Origin: Balanoglossus misakiensis
Lineage: Eukaryota > Animalia > Hemichordata
Assembly (NCBI GenBank): GCA_040954595.2
Contig: CM082594.2
Coordinates: 11,982,985 to 12,046,984 of the forward strand
Reading direction: 5' to 3'
Length of the DNA: 64,000 bases
This document shows positions 41,701 through 52,026 of this stretch, piece after piece. Position 1 is the stretch's first letter. Every line of letters begins with the position of its first letter. Both the position numbers and the translations under genes were made by a program. The notes beneath the pieces are model-generated. The model was not told the DNA's origin and searched no databases. It worked only from the letters and a program-made list of their open reading frames with translations.

Positions 41701-44700
41701 CTGATTAAGTGGTTTTCTCGAGTTTGCACGTGACGTCAACCACTATACTTGACGGTGGAGTTTGTCATTACTGCAGGGCTTCAACTTGATAGACGTGCCA
41801 GGGAAGTCAGTCCTTGCAATTAAGCTGGGTGTTTCCCCTGCAGCTGAACGTAAACTTGGCAGGTTGCAATTATAAACGGAAATTTAGAAAATCTGAATAA
41901 CTAGGTGGGATTTCACCGAGAGCTTCTTATGGTACTGCAAATCCAAAGGGAGATCTTATTATATGAGGGAGATGAAAATCCTCATTGCTCCCGAAAAGAA
42001 AATAACAGAAATGTGATTTTTTTGCCACAGGGTCTTGAATATCTACAAAACAGCTTCCTGAAATGTCATGGCAACTTGAAGTCTTCAAATTGTGTGGTGG
42101 ATAGCCGGTTTGTGCTGAAGCTGACAGACTTCGGGTTATACGATATTAGAAGCAAAGCTCCCTCTACGGTGGAAAATGGTGGTCCCGGAATGTACAGTGA
42201 CTTTGACGAAGACGAACATGCTACATACATGAGTAAGAATAAATTTGCTTTTATGAAATATTTGAAAATAAGACAAAATCGTACTTAAGAAATATTTTAG
42301 CAGGTGATGCTACCAAAAAGTAGAGAATGTGTTCATTACAATGAATAACTTATTCATGCGTAAGCTTATTCTAGGTTGCATCAACATTTAGAAAGTACGA
42401 TTGGTCGAATCACTGTCACAGGCGTCCATCATTTTCGACCTAATACACGCAACGAGTGCGCCATTTCTTGACAATTCTCCAAAATACTATGACCTAGTTT
42501 CAACAACTTTTACCTGGAAATTATCTGCACAAGTGTAGAAATGAAGAAACGTAAAAGACTCGTCTGATATTGTCTGTTTATGTTGCAGCAAAGACATGCA
42601 TAGACATTAAATTAAATTCATATGTTGAAGGTCATGTTTGCAATGCAGCATGATGTCTGTCTCCCAAGAGGACCCCTGGACGGTCTGACTTGTGTTCCTT
42701 TAGGTTAATAGCCGTGTGCTATTTCCCTCATTACCAATCATTATTACTTTTTCATATAGGATATTTATGGTGCTCGCCCGAGTTACTTCGGGAGGAGATT
42801 CCAGCAAGCGGAACACCAAAGTCTGATATATATGCATTCGGCATTATTATGCAGGAGATAGCCATCCGATGTGGACCATTTCACCAAAATGACATGACTC
42901 TTTCTCCGAAAGGTAAAATATATTCTATGTTCACTGTGCACGTGTATGCATATAGATGACATAAATATCTCCATTTCAACCGATAAGATCATTCATGCAG
43001 TGCTTTATCAGATATAGACATGGATAGTATTATACAATTTCCCAACAACAGGTAAGTTATCATCTCCTATTCACAAAACACCTTGCTTGTTGTCACCAGA
43101 TATCGTTGACAAAGTCAAAGCTGGTGAAGAGCCGCCTTTCAGACCTTCTGTTGGTGATGGGGAATGTCCTCGAGAAGCTGACGTACTTATGACGAGGTGC
43201 TGGGCAGAAGATCCCGCTGACCGTCCAGATATATCAAATATCAAATCTATTGTCCGTAAACTCAATCCAGCAACGTAAGTCTTCCACTTGTGTACCTTCC
43301 ATTCTTGTATTTCTGGTTAGTATGTTGTCGCCTTCGTTAAACCTTCTTCGATTGGTTTTTGTGTAGTGCAATATCCCCTTTTCAAATTTTGAAGATGCGC
43401 AATGTTTACTGTGTACAGGAAGTGCGGACACATGTAAAAATCTGTGATTTGGTCTTATCTCAAATTCCCATGGTAACTGTCTCTAAATTTGCATAGGTGA
43501 TAGTATACCCTTAACAGATTTCCTTTGTTGGTTGATGTTCAGGAAGAAAGGTGACAATATCCTTGATAATTTACTTGCCCGGATGGAGCAATATGCCAAC
43601 AATCTGGAAGGATTGGTTGAAGAAAGAACTTCACAATATTTAGAAGAAAAGAGGAGAGCTGAAGATTTGTTAGACCGTCTTCTTCCAAGGTATTTCTAGA
43701 AAAAGACTCGACTTTCAGTATTCCACAGATAATAATCATTAATGAAGACAATATTATTCAATTCATAAGACTTGCTGGAAAAAAAACACACTGGTAATTC
43801 CATTGTCATTTCCATGAAATTTTGCGCATGAGCTAGTTGAAGTGAAATGTAATTCCTATAAAATCATGTGATCTCCTTTCTTAATACTGAGATGAACTTC
43901 GTCATATGCTTTTGCCCGTAGAAAAATAATATTATGATTGCATCTCAGCCTGACATACAAGCACCTTAAATTCCTGCAGGCTTATTGCTTGAAATTACCG
44001 AAACCTTCCTCAGAACTTGTATTAACATATCTGAATGGTTATTTCATAGAACGGTGTCAGAAAAACTGAAACAAGGCCGAGAAGTGGAGGCAGAAAGCTT
44101 TGAGGCGGTAACCATCTACTTCAGTGATATTGTCGGTTTTACCGCCCTCTCGGCCAGCAGTACACCGTATCAGGTTTGTTTATGTTTACCCAACTTCATG
44201 CCCCTGAGTCACGTGACACTCACACCCAATCAGGTGGTACGTACTGTGAACGCGTCATTAACAATACAGTGCAATAACTCATTGCAAAAATCTGACCTAT
44301 CGTCTAATTTCAATACTCACAGTGAGAGAATTAAAGGACCTATACCATGAGTTTCAGATTGGTCACAGTTAAAGTTTACAGTTGGTCATAAACCAATGAC
44401 GTTACGTTATGGGTTAATTGCTTAATAATGGGAAATGATGGAACTTCGAAGAAATAGGAGCGGTATTCTCAGAATGCAAATTATGTCACCAATGTGTCAT
44501 TAGAGATTCCCATCATTCCACTGCAGACTGTAAAACAAGGTTCATGAGAACATTGCCTTTTCTGCCAATGTCTCTCTTGAGCTCAATTTTACCATCTAAG
44601 CATTTGTCATGTGCATGAAATGAAATATAATTATGATTCTGCATTGGAGACAGGGAGAGATGGGTATGATGGAGGCTGTGGGCACATTTCAACCCAAAAC

Positions 44701-47027
44701 AGTCATTAAAGACATTGATTGATTTTCATGAGGGTTTGTACTCCATCCAGCCTGTGTGACGTGGTAGTCCTCTACTGTCAAGAGTTGCAATTCACACACC
44801 CTGTGCACGCTGGTGTAAACAAGAATTTCTCAAGAACCCCTGTACTGGAACACCAGCGTTTAACCAATCTTCTTTCTCGCTAATTTCTCTCCAGGTTGTC
44901 GACCTTTTGAACGACCTCTACACCTGCTTTGACGCAATTATTGATCACTTTGACGTGTACAAGGTCAGATGTCAATCCATTAGTTTGATTTTGTTTGTGA
45001 ATCATGCCCCACTGGCAGCCTAATTGATGGAAAAAAAACGACTGGGTGGTTAATGAGAAAGACATCAGGCTTTTAATTGATGTCAGAAAAACAACCATAA
45101 CATGAATTAAAAGGCCAAGAATCAGCTCATATATGGCAAACATATCACAAAGCATGTCATAAACTATGTGCTCTACAGTAAGACAGACGCTCATCCACAC
45201 TCTGGGCCTTTCTGGCACTTCTTCATTATAAGGCCATTTGAATTTCACGTTTTATAGGTAGAAACTATTGGCGACGCATACATGGTGGTGTCTGGCCTCC
45301 CTATGCGTAATGGTCACAACCATGCGTTCGAGATAGCCCGGATGTCACTCGCCTTGCTGGACGCCGTCAAGACATTTAAAATTAGACACCGCCCCGGAGA
45401 GCATCTGAAATTACGTATCGGAATGCACACAGGTAAATACCAGTTTGCAAAGCACGGTCTTGCATACAGGAAGTAATTGTTTAATCTGCTGTGGAAACCG
45501 CCAGATAAAAATGTGTTCAGTAATTAATTTCTGACCTGTAAGCTCTCAAAACACCTTTGGCATGCAGAATATATACTCTCACAAAATTACAAATCACACT
45601 TTGATAGAATGCCAACATTTTCATAAGTCATCTTACATCACATGACCGCCTCAACCAGCTAGATATTTACACTTTATCTGTAAGTTTTGTCAGTGACAAG
45701 AACTTGCTCAGATTGCAGATATATGCAATATCTATTACTTTATTTTTTGAATGAAAATTCAAATAGTAAATGGCAACGTCACAGAGGAGATGGCTGAGAA
45801 CGTCTCTGTTTTAGTAAACCTTTTTTGTTCAAATTATGTCACTTTAATCAATTGTGCAGTCTGTTGTCTTAACAAGCATCTAAACTGTGTCCTATCTCAT
45901 CTTTCTTCAGGATCTGTATGTGCTGGTGTGGTTGGACTGAAGATGCCTCGATATTGTCTCTTTGGTGACACTGTCAATACTGCATCAAGAATGGAGTCAA
46001 ATGGCCTACGTAAGTAAAATATGGCAATAACTGGCCTGTTGATAAAAAACTGTGGACAATAGGCAGGGATACCGCTGCAACGAACAACATACATGGATGA
46101 TTTTATAATTCTCCATACCAAATACCTTCATACATTTTAAAATGGAAAAGGCAAAGTACTTAATAGTAATTTTCATACTTAAGAACTGAAGTTTACCAAA
46201 TTTAACAGCATGCGAAATTGGAGGTGCCGCTTTAATTCTACACTCTTTTGAGAAAATCAACAGTTATCAGATTGTCTAAACAGGTCTTGTTTGCACATAC
46301 CCACTATTTGATGAAAATTATCGGTCATAAATCTGTTGAATGACATGTTCTGTGTAGTATACAATGTAACATCCACACCAGTGCATGTGGGTTAATTAAC
46401 TCCATACACATCAGACTAAGCACATCAGTCCTCACTGACAGACGACGTTTCCAATTTGAAACTCTTCAGCTAAAGTCGCATTTATGAAACAACTAATTTG
46501 TATCAATGAGACGTGTTGTCGCCCAGCATAATTTTTGTGTGACACTAATGTTGATTGGTGCTTTTGTTGCCAGCGCTGAAGATCCATGTTAGCGTTCCCA
46601 CGGCGAATTTACTGAATACCTGTGCTGGATTTGAAGTAGAGCTACGTGGACAGGTGGAAATGAAGGTAATTTAATATTAAATAGAGTTCTGTTTATACTG
46701 CATAGTGTGTAGTTCGTGAAATTTTCAAAATTTTCACATAAACAGCTGACTCTAGATGGGAAGTCCTTAATGGTCCCACACCACTGGACATGGACATATA
46801 TTTAGTCATGCCCATTTGATTTTGATACAATAACCCAATTGAAAAACAAAACAAACGATTTCTACTCCTAAATGTGCCGTCTTCTAATGCACTGGTACAG
46901 ACCACAAATTATTGTTTTCGCGTTATTTCAGGGGAAAGGGAGTGTTACTACCTACTGGCTGAACGCTTATCATGGACCAGACAAAAATGTAAAGAACAAT
47001 ATGATCATTAACAACCTGAAAGGATAA
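17047..47027 (+). CDS. Gene A: receptor (transmembrane) guanylyl cyclase, atrial natriuretic peptide receptor (NPR1/NPR2)-like; 21 coding exons, 1085 aa
   Basis: All introns GT-AG and phase-compatible; spliced CDS 3258 nt. Signal peptide, ANF-receptor ectodomain, juxtamembrane Cys pair, TM helix, kinase-homology domain ([18 protein letters not shown]), coiled coil ([16 protein letters not shown]), cyclase domain ([42 protein letters not shown]). Confidence 0.95.
22354..22370. repeat. Poly-C run (17 nt) in gene A intron 1
   Basis: Direct inspection. Confidence 0.9.
26315..26390. repeat. Degenerate (GAT)n microsatellite
   Basis: Direct inspection. Confidence 0.8.
26538..26839 (+). CDS. Gene A exon 2 (ectodomain)
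   Basis: tttgcag|..[36 protein letters not shown]|gtatgt. Confidence 0.93.
27803..27912 (+). repeat. Dispersed repeat, copy 2 (gene A intron 2)
   Basis: Colinear similarity to 9116..9227. Confidence 0.7.
29077..29212 (+). CDS. Gene A exon 3 (ectodomain)
   Basis: atgcag|[45 protein letters not shown]|gttagt; absent from the ORF track. Confidence 0.92.
31539..31633 (+). CDS. Gene A exon 4 (ectodomain)
   Basis: cttag|[32 protein letters not shown]|gtagga; contains the family NGDR motif. Confidence 0.94.
32437..32575 (+). CDS. Gene A exon 5 (juxtamembrane ectodomain)
   Basis: tttcag|[34 protein letters not shown]|gtcagt. Confidence 0.94.
33086..33140. repeat. (GA)n/G-rich purine tract
   Basis: Direct inspection. 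Confidence 0.85.
33226..33310 (+). CDS. Gene A exon 6 (transmembrane helix)
   Basis: ttcag|[29 protein letters not shown]|gtacgt. Confidence 0.93.
36147..36249 (+). CDS. Gene A exon 7 (cytoplasmic juxtamembrane)
   Basis: caacag|[34 protein letters not shown]|gtaatc. Confidence 0.88.
38270..38338 (+). CDS. Gene A exon 8 (start of kinase-homology domain)
   Basis: ttacag|[23 protein letters not shown]|gtaaga; homologous to gene B 63386..63454. Confidence 0.92.
40204..40284 (+). CDS. Gene A exon 9
   Basis: ttag|[27 protein letters not shown]|gtaata. Confidence 0.95.
40498..40605 (+). CDS. Gene A exon 10
   Basis: tacag|[36 protein letters not shown]|gtatgt. Confidence 0.96.
41143..41214 (+). 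CDS. Gene A exon 11
   Basis: tgcag|[24 protein letters not shown]|gtatgt. Confidence 0.96.
42031..42232 (+). CDS. Gene A exon 12
   Basis: cacag|[42 protein letters not shown]|gtaaga. Confidence 0.96.
42760..42912 (+). CDS. Gene A exon 13
   Basis: atag|[28 protein letters not shown]|gtaaaa. Confidence 0.96.
43100..43274 (+). CDS. Gene A exon 14
   Basis: accag|[33 protein letters not shown]|gtaagt. Confidence 0.96.
43543..43689 (+). CDS. Gene A exon 15 (dimerisation coiled coil)
   Basis: ttcag|[38 protein letters not shown]|gtattt. Confidence 0.96.
44050..44173 (+). CDS. Gene A exon 16 (cyclase domain)
   Basis: catag|[31 protein letters not shown]|gtttgt. Confidence 0.97.
44895..44963 (+). 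CDS. Gene A exon 17 (cyclase domain)
   Basis: tccag|[23 protein letters not shown]|gtcaga. Confidence 0.97.
45258..45432 (+). CDS. Gene A exon 18 (cyclase domain)
   Basis: tatag|[22 protein letters not shown]|gtaaat. Confidence 0.97.
45911..46009 (+). CDS. Gene A exon 19 (cyclase domain)
   Basis: ttcag|[33 protein letters not shown]|gtaagt. Confidence 0.97.
46574..46665 (+). CDS. Gene A exon 20
   Basis: gccag|[31 protein letters not shown]|gtaatt. Confidence 0.96.
46932..47027 (+). CDS. Gene A exon 21 (terminal coding exon)
   Basis: ttcag|[31 protein letters not shown]; TAA at 47025-47027. Confidence 0.95.
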   Translation, partial: GKGSVTTYWLNAYHGPDKNVKNNMIINNLKG

Positions 47028-48344
47028 GAAAACAGTTTTGTGGTGTGATTTCAAACATAAAGGTGTTCTACGGATTATCCCAATGCCAAACTACGATTCA
47101 TTTAGAGCGCAATTTTCCGTCACTTATAAGAAGGCTTTCAAGGACTGACCAATTACTAGCTGCCTTTTATCAGATGGATGCGCCAATCTGTTATTGGCTC
47201 ATTTCAAAAGGAGATATAGGCCATCCGTCCATACCTGTTCTTACGTTGTGTGCTGGCGTGGCAGGCTGGTACGTGTGACCCATTTTCTGCGGGGATAATA
47301 GTTGTACTATCGCCTTCCAGATTAGACTTCAGATAACCAGATACGGAGCCTGTTAATATTGGTAATGTAGTTTGTCCGATCTGCTATTTCGATGCCCAAT
47401 GGTCACCTTAACATTGTCCATGTATACCCATTGGAAAGACCATTTTCTTCCGGCCATTGAAGACACAGACTACCTGTCCATATGTGTCTTCATACTGGCT
47501 TTGTAGATGTATGAAATACTTGTATCATAATCTGTGCACGTAGCCACTCTGCCTGTTTTCCACGTACCGGTATGTTGTATAAAACTGCCATGTTTTGTTT
47601 TGGCTACTTAAAGAATGTTGACGTTAAAAAATCTGGTGTATCTTTGAGAACTCAACCAAAATGTCTCTTCATTTACATCATGCAAGATGAATTTAGCACG
47701 CATATCCAAAAATTCAAGAACACCCCTCATGAATGTGATGCAAAATATTAAGAGTATTTTTGTACAGCTTCCTTACGATATTTTATTTGGGTGACAATAT
47801 TTGCGCCCAAGTGATGAAGGATATCAAGATGAAAGGAAACTTTGTAGAAATCTCTTTATTTTCAAAAGTGGTGTAAGAAAAACCTGAATTATATTGTAGA
47901 CAGTTGATTTCTATTGGGGGAAAACATCGCAAAAGACATGCCTCGGATCTGCTATTCTAAGAAGCTTGCCATAGCATGGTTACTTGACGTTCACCAAATA
48001 TAATGTCCATCTGTAATTTATAGACTTTCCCACCATTCTGCCAAGTAAACTCTTTGACATGAAATTATAATATTCTGATATTAGAATGACTATCTGAAAA
48101 ATTGTTTTCGGTAGAAAAGTTATTTATTTAAAGAAATAGCTCAACATTATCTTTTAACATATATGATATTTGACGGATACAACGATTTCATGGATCAAAT
48201 TGCCATCATCAACGCATCTGCTTACATCAGGAAAATGAATAAGAATGTTGTCTTTGAACGAAACGAAGTGCGGACTAGTTGTCGCTGTTAATATTGCTTT
48301 GACGTTGTAATGGCGAGGCTGTTTGATTCTTTTTGTATATTATC

Positions 48345-48359
48345 ATTAAAATGAATAAA
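48345..48359 (+). terminator. Candidate polyadenylation signals of gene A (ATTAAA and AATAAA)
   Basis: ATTAAA at 48345 and AATAAA at 48354, ~1.3 kb after the stop codon; position-based inference. Confidence 0.35.
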
Positions 48360-49410
48360 AAATATGTGTATAACGTCAGCTGTAATCTCTATTGTAGCCA
48401 TCCAATCGATTGATGCTTTGAAATATCTAAAGGGAAGTGGTCGTCGCGCCGCGTTGGAGTCCCCCTGATGAGATTATGTCCTCCCAATATACCAGCGCAA
48501 ACCCCACTGCAACCCCCACGACCTACTAGGTTCTTCAGTTGCTGTCATGCCCAGTCTGTGCTACGGTTGGCTGCTTCGTTCCTTATAAAAATTATCTAAT
48601 TTCAGGGATTTGTGGATAAACAAAGAAACGCCGCGCGACGACACATTCTCTATCAGAATGACTCAAATGAAAATGGCAGCAGTATCATATCACTGTACAA
48701 GGTGGCTGATTGGTCACTTGAAAACCTTTGCCCTTCGAGGTGCTACACGCCACCCCAGCAAATGAAGCTCACAACCTCCATCGGACTGGAATATTTCGAG
48801 GGCAAACCCCTGCAACAGGCTTTTGACTGTCGAGTGTGAATGTTTACCTGATATGTAAACAAGAGCATTATGACAAAAAATTGATCATATAGCTATAAAG
48901 CCTTTAAAGTGTTTTCAAGCTTAGGTATTTTTTAGATGCAACTAAAAAGTTCTCATGAAATCTGACTTTGTGACTTGTAACTTAAGTAACCATGCTGCTC
49001 AGTATGGCAGATTCCTCGAAGATGACATCTTATCAGGCGCACCATATTGGCTGTCAATCAAAACAGATGAGATGAATAGTTCAAGCACATGCAATCTGCC
49101 AACAATCTTCAACTGTACTACTCCAAAAACCATGAATATTTTAATCAGAACTTAACCAAAAGTCTTTCCTAAAATTTTGACCTTAATAATTCATTTCAAA
49201 ATGTGTCTCTCCTAGATTTCGAATTTTACAAAAGTGTTAGCTGATCGCAAAAGTGCCATTATAGTGATTACATTTTTGTGCGGTTGAGAACAATGAACGC
49301 CTTGCACTTCACTCTAAAATTATCTGGATTTTTCTTGCCATTTTTTCAAAAGGAAAACTGTTTCTAAACTCGCTAAAATAAACACAAATTATATACATGT
49401 ATTCACCTAC

Positions 49411-49473
49411 CAAGTAATTCAGGCTGTTACTGCCACTTCCGGCTTCTTCTGTTTCTGGACCTGGGTAGTCGTC
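49411..49473 (-). CDS. Gene C exon 4 (acidic Ser-Gly tail)
   Basis: tttacag|DDYPGPETEEAGSGSNSLNYL|gtaggt; phase 0 matches the preceding donor; 3' boundary uncertain. Confidence 0.6.
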
Positions 49474-51544
49474 CTGTAAAGATTCGAATAGCATATAATG
49501 ATTCAATAATTCGCTATATTCAAAGTTCCATCATCTGCGTTTGTTTGTTTTACCCTATAAATGAACTGATGATGTGTCCAAACATCCCCAGCATAACCTA
49601 AATTTTGAACTCACTAGTAAGCAGCTATGAAATGGTGTCATCTGATTGTCAATGTTAGAGCTATGTGAGTAATCCGCAGTGGTTAGCTGTTGCGGGAGAT
49701 CTATGTAGTACTTTATACTGTTTTTTCTGAAGGTTAACTGAATCCTTCTCAGTGAGTTTTCACAGAATCATGTTGATAAAAGTTATCGGATGTGTGGAAT
49801 GGATATTTGAGACAAATGTATCTCACACACAAGCAATGCGCACCTGTTTTGTACACATTTAAAATGCAATCACAAATATTTTCACTGTTGAACGTTCTGC
49901 TCTGTGAGCAGGAAATGATAGTTTTTTAAGAGAAAAACTTACAAAAATTTGGGGATAATCACACAACCCCTCGTAAGCAAACGACACCGTCTCCTGTTGT
50001 CCCCTGCATGCTTGTCTGTTAGATTCTTGACAAAGCAGACACAAATTTACAAAGTCGATATACTCGCCATTGCGGTAACCACACACGGGTTTGTATGGGT
50101 AGGAAAAACAACCATATACAATCTGGTCACAGAAATCCTGCAAAAAGTCAGAATCTTGACATTACTTCCCATAGTCCATGACATAAAAGAGAATAGAACT
50201 TCTGATGATAATTTCACTATTTTGTGTGTGCAACAACAGCAGTTTATTGTTTTACTTGCCAAAAAAATCATTGCAGAACTGTTAAGACCCAAGCGGTCGA
50301 AATACATCTGATTGGTCAAGTGCGACATGTATTTGCATACATTGATTTCTATCTTTTCCACTGGTTTGGATTTCTGCCAAGGAATTAGGTTCAGTTAAAA
50401 TGGGCTTTGTGGTCACTGCATTTTACTACTTCAGCCCACGCTGGTAATTTCATTAAAAGCAAGTCAAAATAACGATATGTGCTGATATAAAAAAACAAAC
50501 CTGTTGGCTTGAGGTTATATCTACGTGGCCGATTAACTCGGGCTTATCTGCTTTGATTTGCTGATGAAATGGTCACAATGCTCAGGGTGATTATAGGTTG
50601 AGCTTGAATATTTCATTTCTCCAAACGTCGCAAATAATCAAAGGTGTTTAGGATTTTGTTAAAGTGGTTTATAGGTTACAGTCTTTGCTAAATTTTGAAT
50701 TTTTGATGCCAGACTAGATTAATCATGAGATCGAGAAGACTAATTCATCGGAAATCACGCGAAGTTACCACTATTGTCCACTAGACATAGACAAACGAGA
50801 TGTGCAATATATATATATGTCAAGGAATTCAAATTTAGCATCTGGCATGTTTGTGATGAGGGAGTGCAGAAAACAGATGTTGAAGCATAAACAGAGACGA
50901 AAAATCAACCAGAAAACACATTATTTTAGAGTACAGGGGGGGGGGGGCTGCCCTTGACAGGATTCTGATTTTGTTGTTGTCATTTAACCTTTTTAGAAAC
51001 AATGGCGACAAAAAAATGTGAAGCTGCATGCTTCAGCGCCTCAGCTTTCCAAAATTTTTGTATAGGGCATTGTTCAATCAATATCAAGCAATACTACTTC
51101 ATGTGAAAGGGGTTATTTCCCGCCACACAATCTGTTTTAAAGCATTCAGTTCAAGAAATGCTTGAATCTCCTTTTTATTAATAATGCCCATAGTTAAAAA
51201 GAGCATTCTGTAAGTCTCCTAAAGGCCATGTGAGGGCACGCTAGCTATTTTCGCATGGCTATCCATGTGAAATCTGTGATTGACTAGATCTCAACTTTGT
51301 GTTGTATATCTGGTAGAATTTGCATAGGTGACATTATACTCAATGTGATAATTATTGGCTATCTTTGTAACATGGTGAGACTCCGACTGCTGAAGTGTGT
51401 ATATACGTATCATCAATCATTTTTGCCCACAAAGTGCGGGTGAATGTGGTCGGAATAATTTTACTTACTGGATAAATCGCATTGTCTTCAACGTCCCGTC
51501 GCACAACACCTGAACAACAGACTGTAAAAACATTTATTACTCAT

Positions 51545-51596
<52 letters not shown>

Positions 51597-52026
51597 ACAT
51601 CACAACAAAACATTATTTTGAAAATTATTGTTTGGTTTAATGGTACTAGTATTGGACTCAAAAGGGCGAACGCTTAACGCAACAAATGAAAAAGCCATTG
51701 GAAATTTTCAATAACACATCTTCGGAGAGGTCTGAGAAATGTTTGTAGTTGTCCGACGAACCCGATTCCATTCATCATTTGTATAATACATTTTTATTAA
51801 AATCTAAGCTAATATACCGCCAGTAAATGAACAAATACCGCGGCTTTTACCAAAATTTTCCACTGTTAGGCTATTAACACACAGTTGTGATGAGATGAGG
51901 GGGAACCCCTGAAAATAATCAAACTGAACCCCGAGTTAGAAAATACTAAAACACACAATGTTGCCACTAAAAAGTTTCAATCATACCTGTGATGAATAGA
52001 AGAAGTCCGACAGCTGCTTTTTCCAT
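49411..52026 (-). CDS. Gene C: small secreted Kazal-type (serine protease inhibitor-like) precursor; at least 4 coding exons and 117 aa, 3' end unresolved
   Basis: Exons 52026-51987, 51521-51469, 50137-49943, 49473-49411 join in frame via GT-AG introns (phases 1,0,0): MEKAAVGLLLFITVCCSGVVRRDVEDNAIYPDFCDQIVYGCFSYPYKPVCGYRNGEYIDFVNLCLLCQESNRQACRGQQETVSFAYEGLCDYPQIFDDYPGPETEEAGSGSNSLNYL. Confidence 0.8.
49943..50137 (-). CDS. Gene C exon 3 (Kazal-like domain)
   Basis: tttttgcag|DFC..GC..YKPVCG..F.N.C.LC..YEG.C..QIF|gtaagt; Kazal signature residues. Confidence 0.88.
51469..51521 (-). CDS. Gene C exon 2 (end of signal peptide, RR site, pro-segment)
   Basis: tttttacag|(V)CCSGVVRRDVEDNAIYP|gtaagt. 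Confidence 0.75.
51542..51594. repeat. (CATA)n-(CA)n compound microsatellite in gene C intron 1
   Basis: Direct inspection. Confidence 0.95.
51987..52026 (-). CDS. Gene C exon 1 (start codon and signal peptide)
   Basis: aaatcATGG Kozak-like context; MEKAAVGLLLFIT, then donor G|GTATGA in phase 1 matching exon 2. Confidence 0.75.

Noticed and set aside
24732-41738. Isolated CRE (TGACGTCA at 24732, 36447, 41731), octamer (36460) and E-box motifs in introns
   Set aside because: Short motifs expected by chance or within repeats; no supporting evidence of function
49859-50143. Treating the 94-aa Kazal ORF as a single-exon gene
   Set aside because: It starts at a TTG inside a splice acceptor, has no signal peptide, and its tail follows a consensus GTAAGT donor; it is an internal exon
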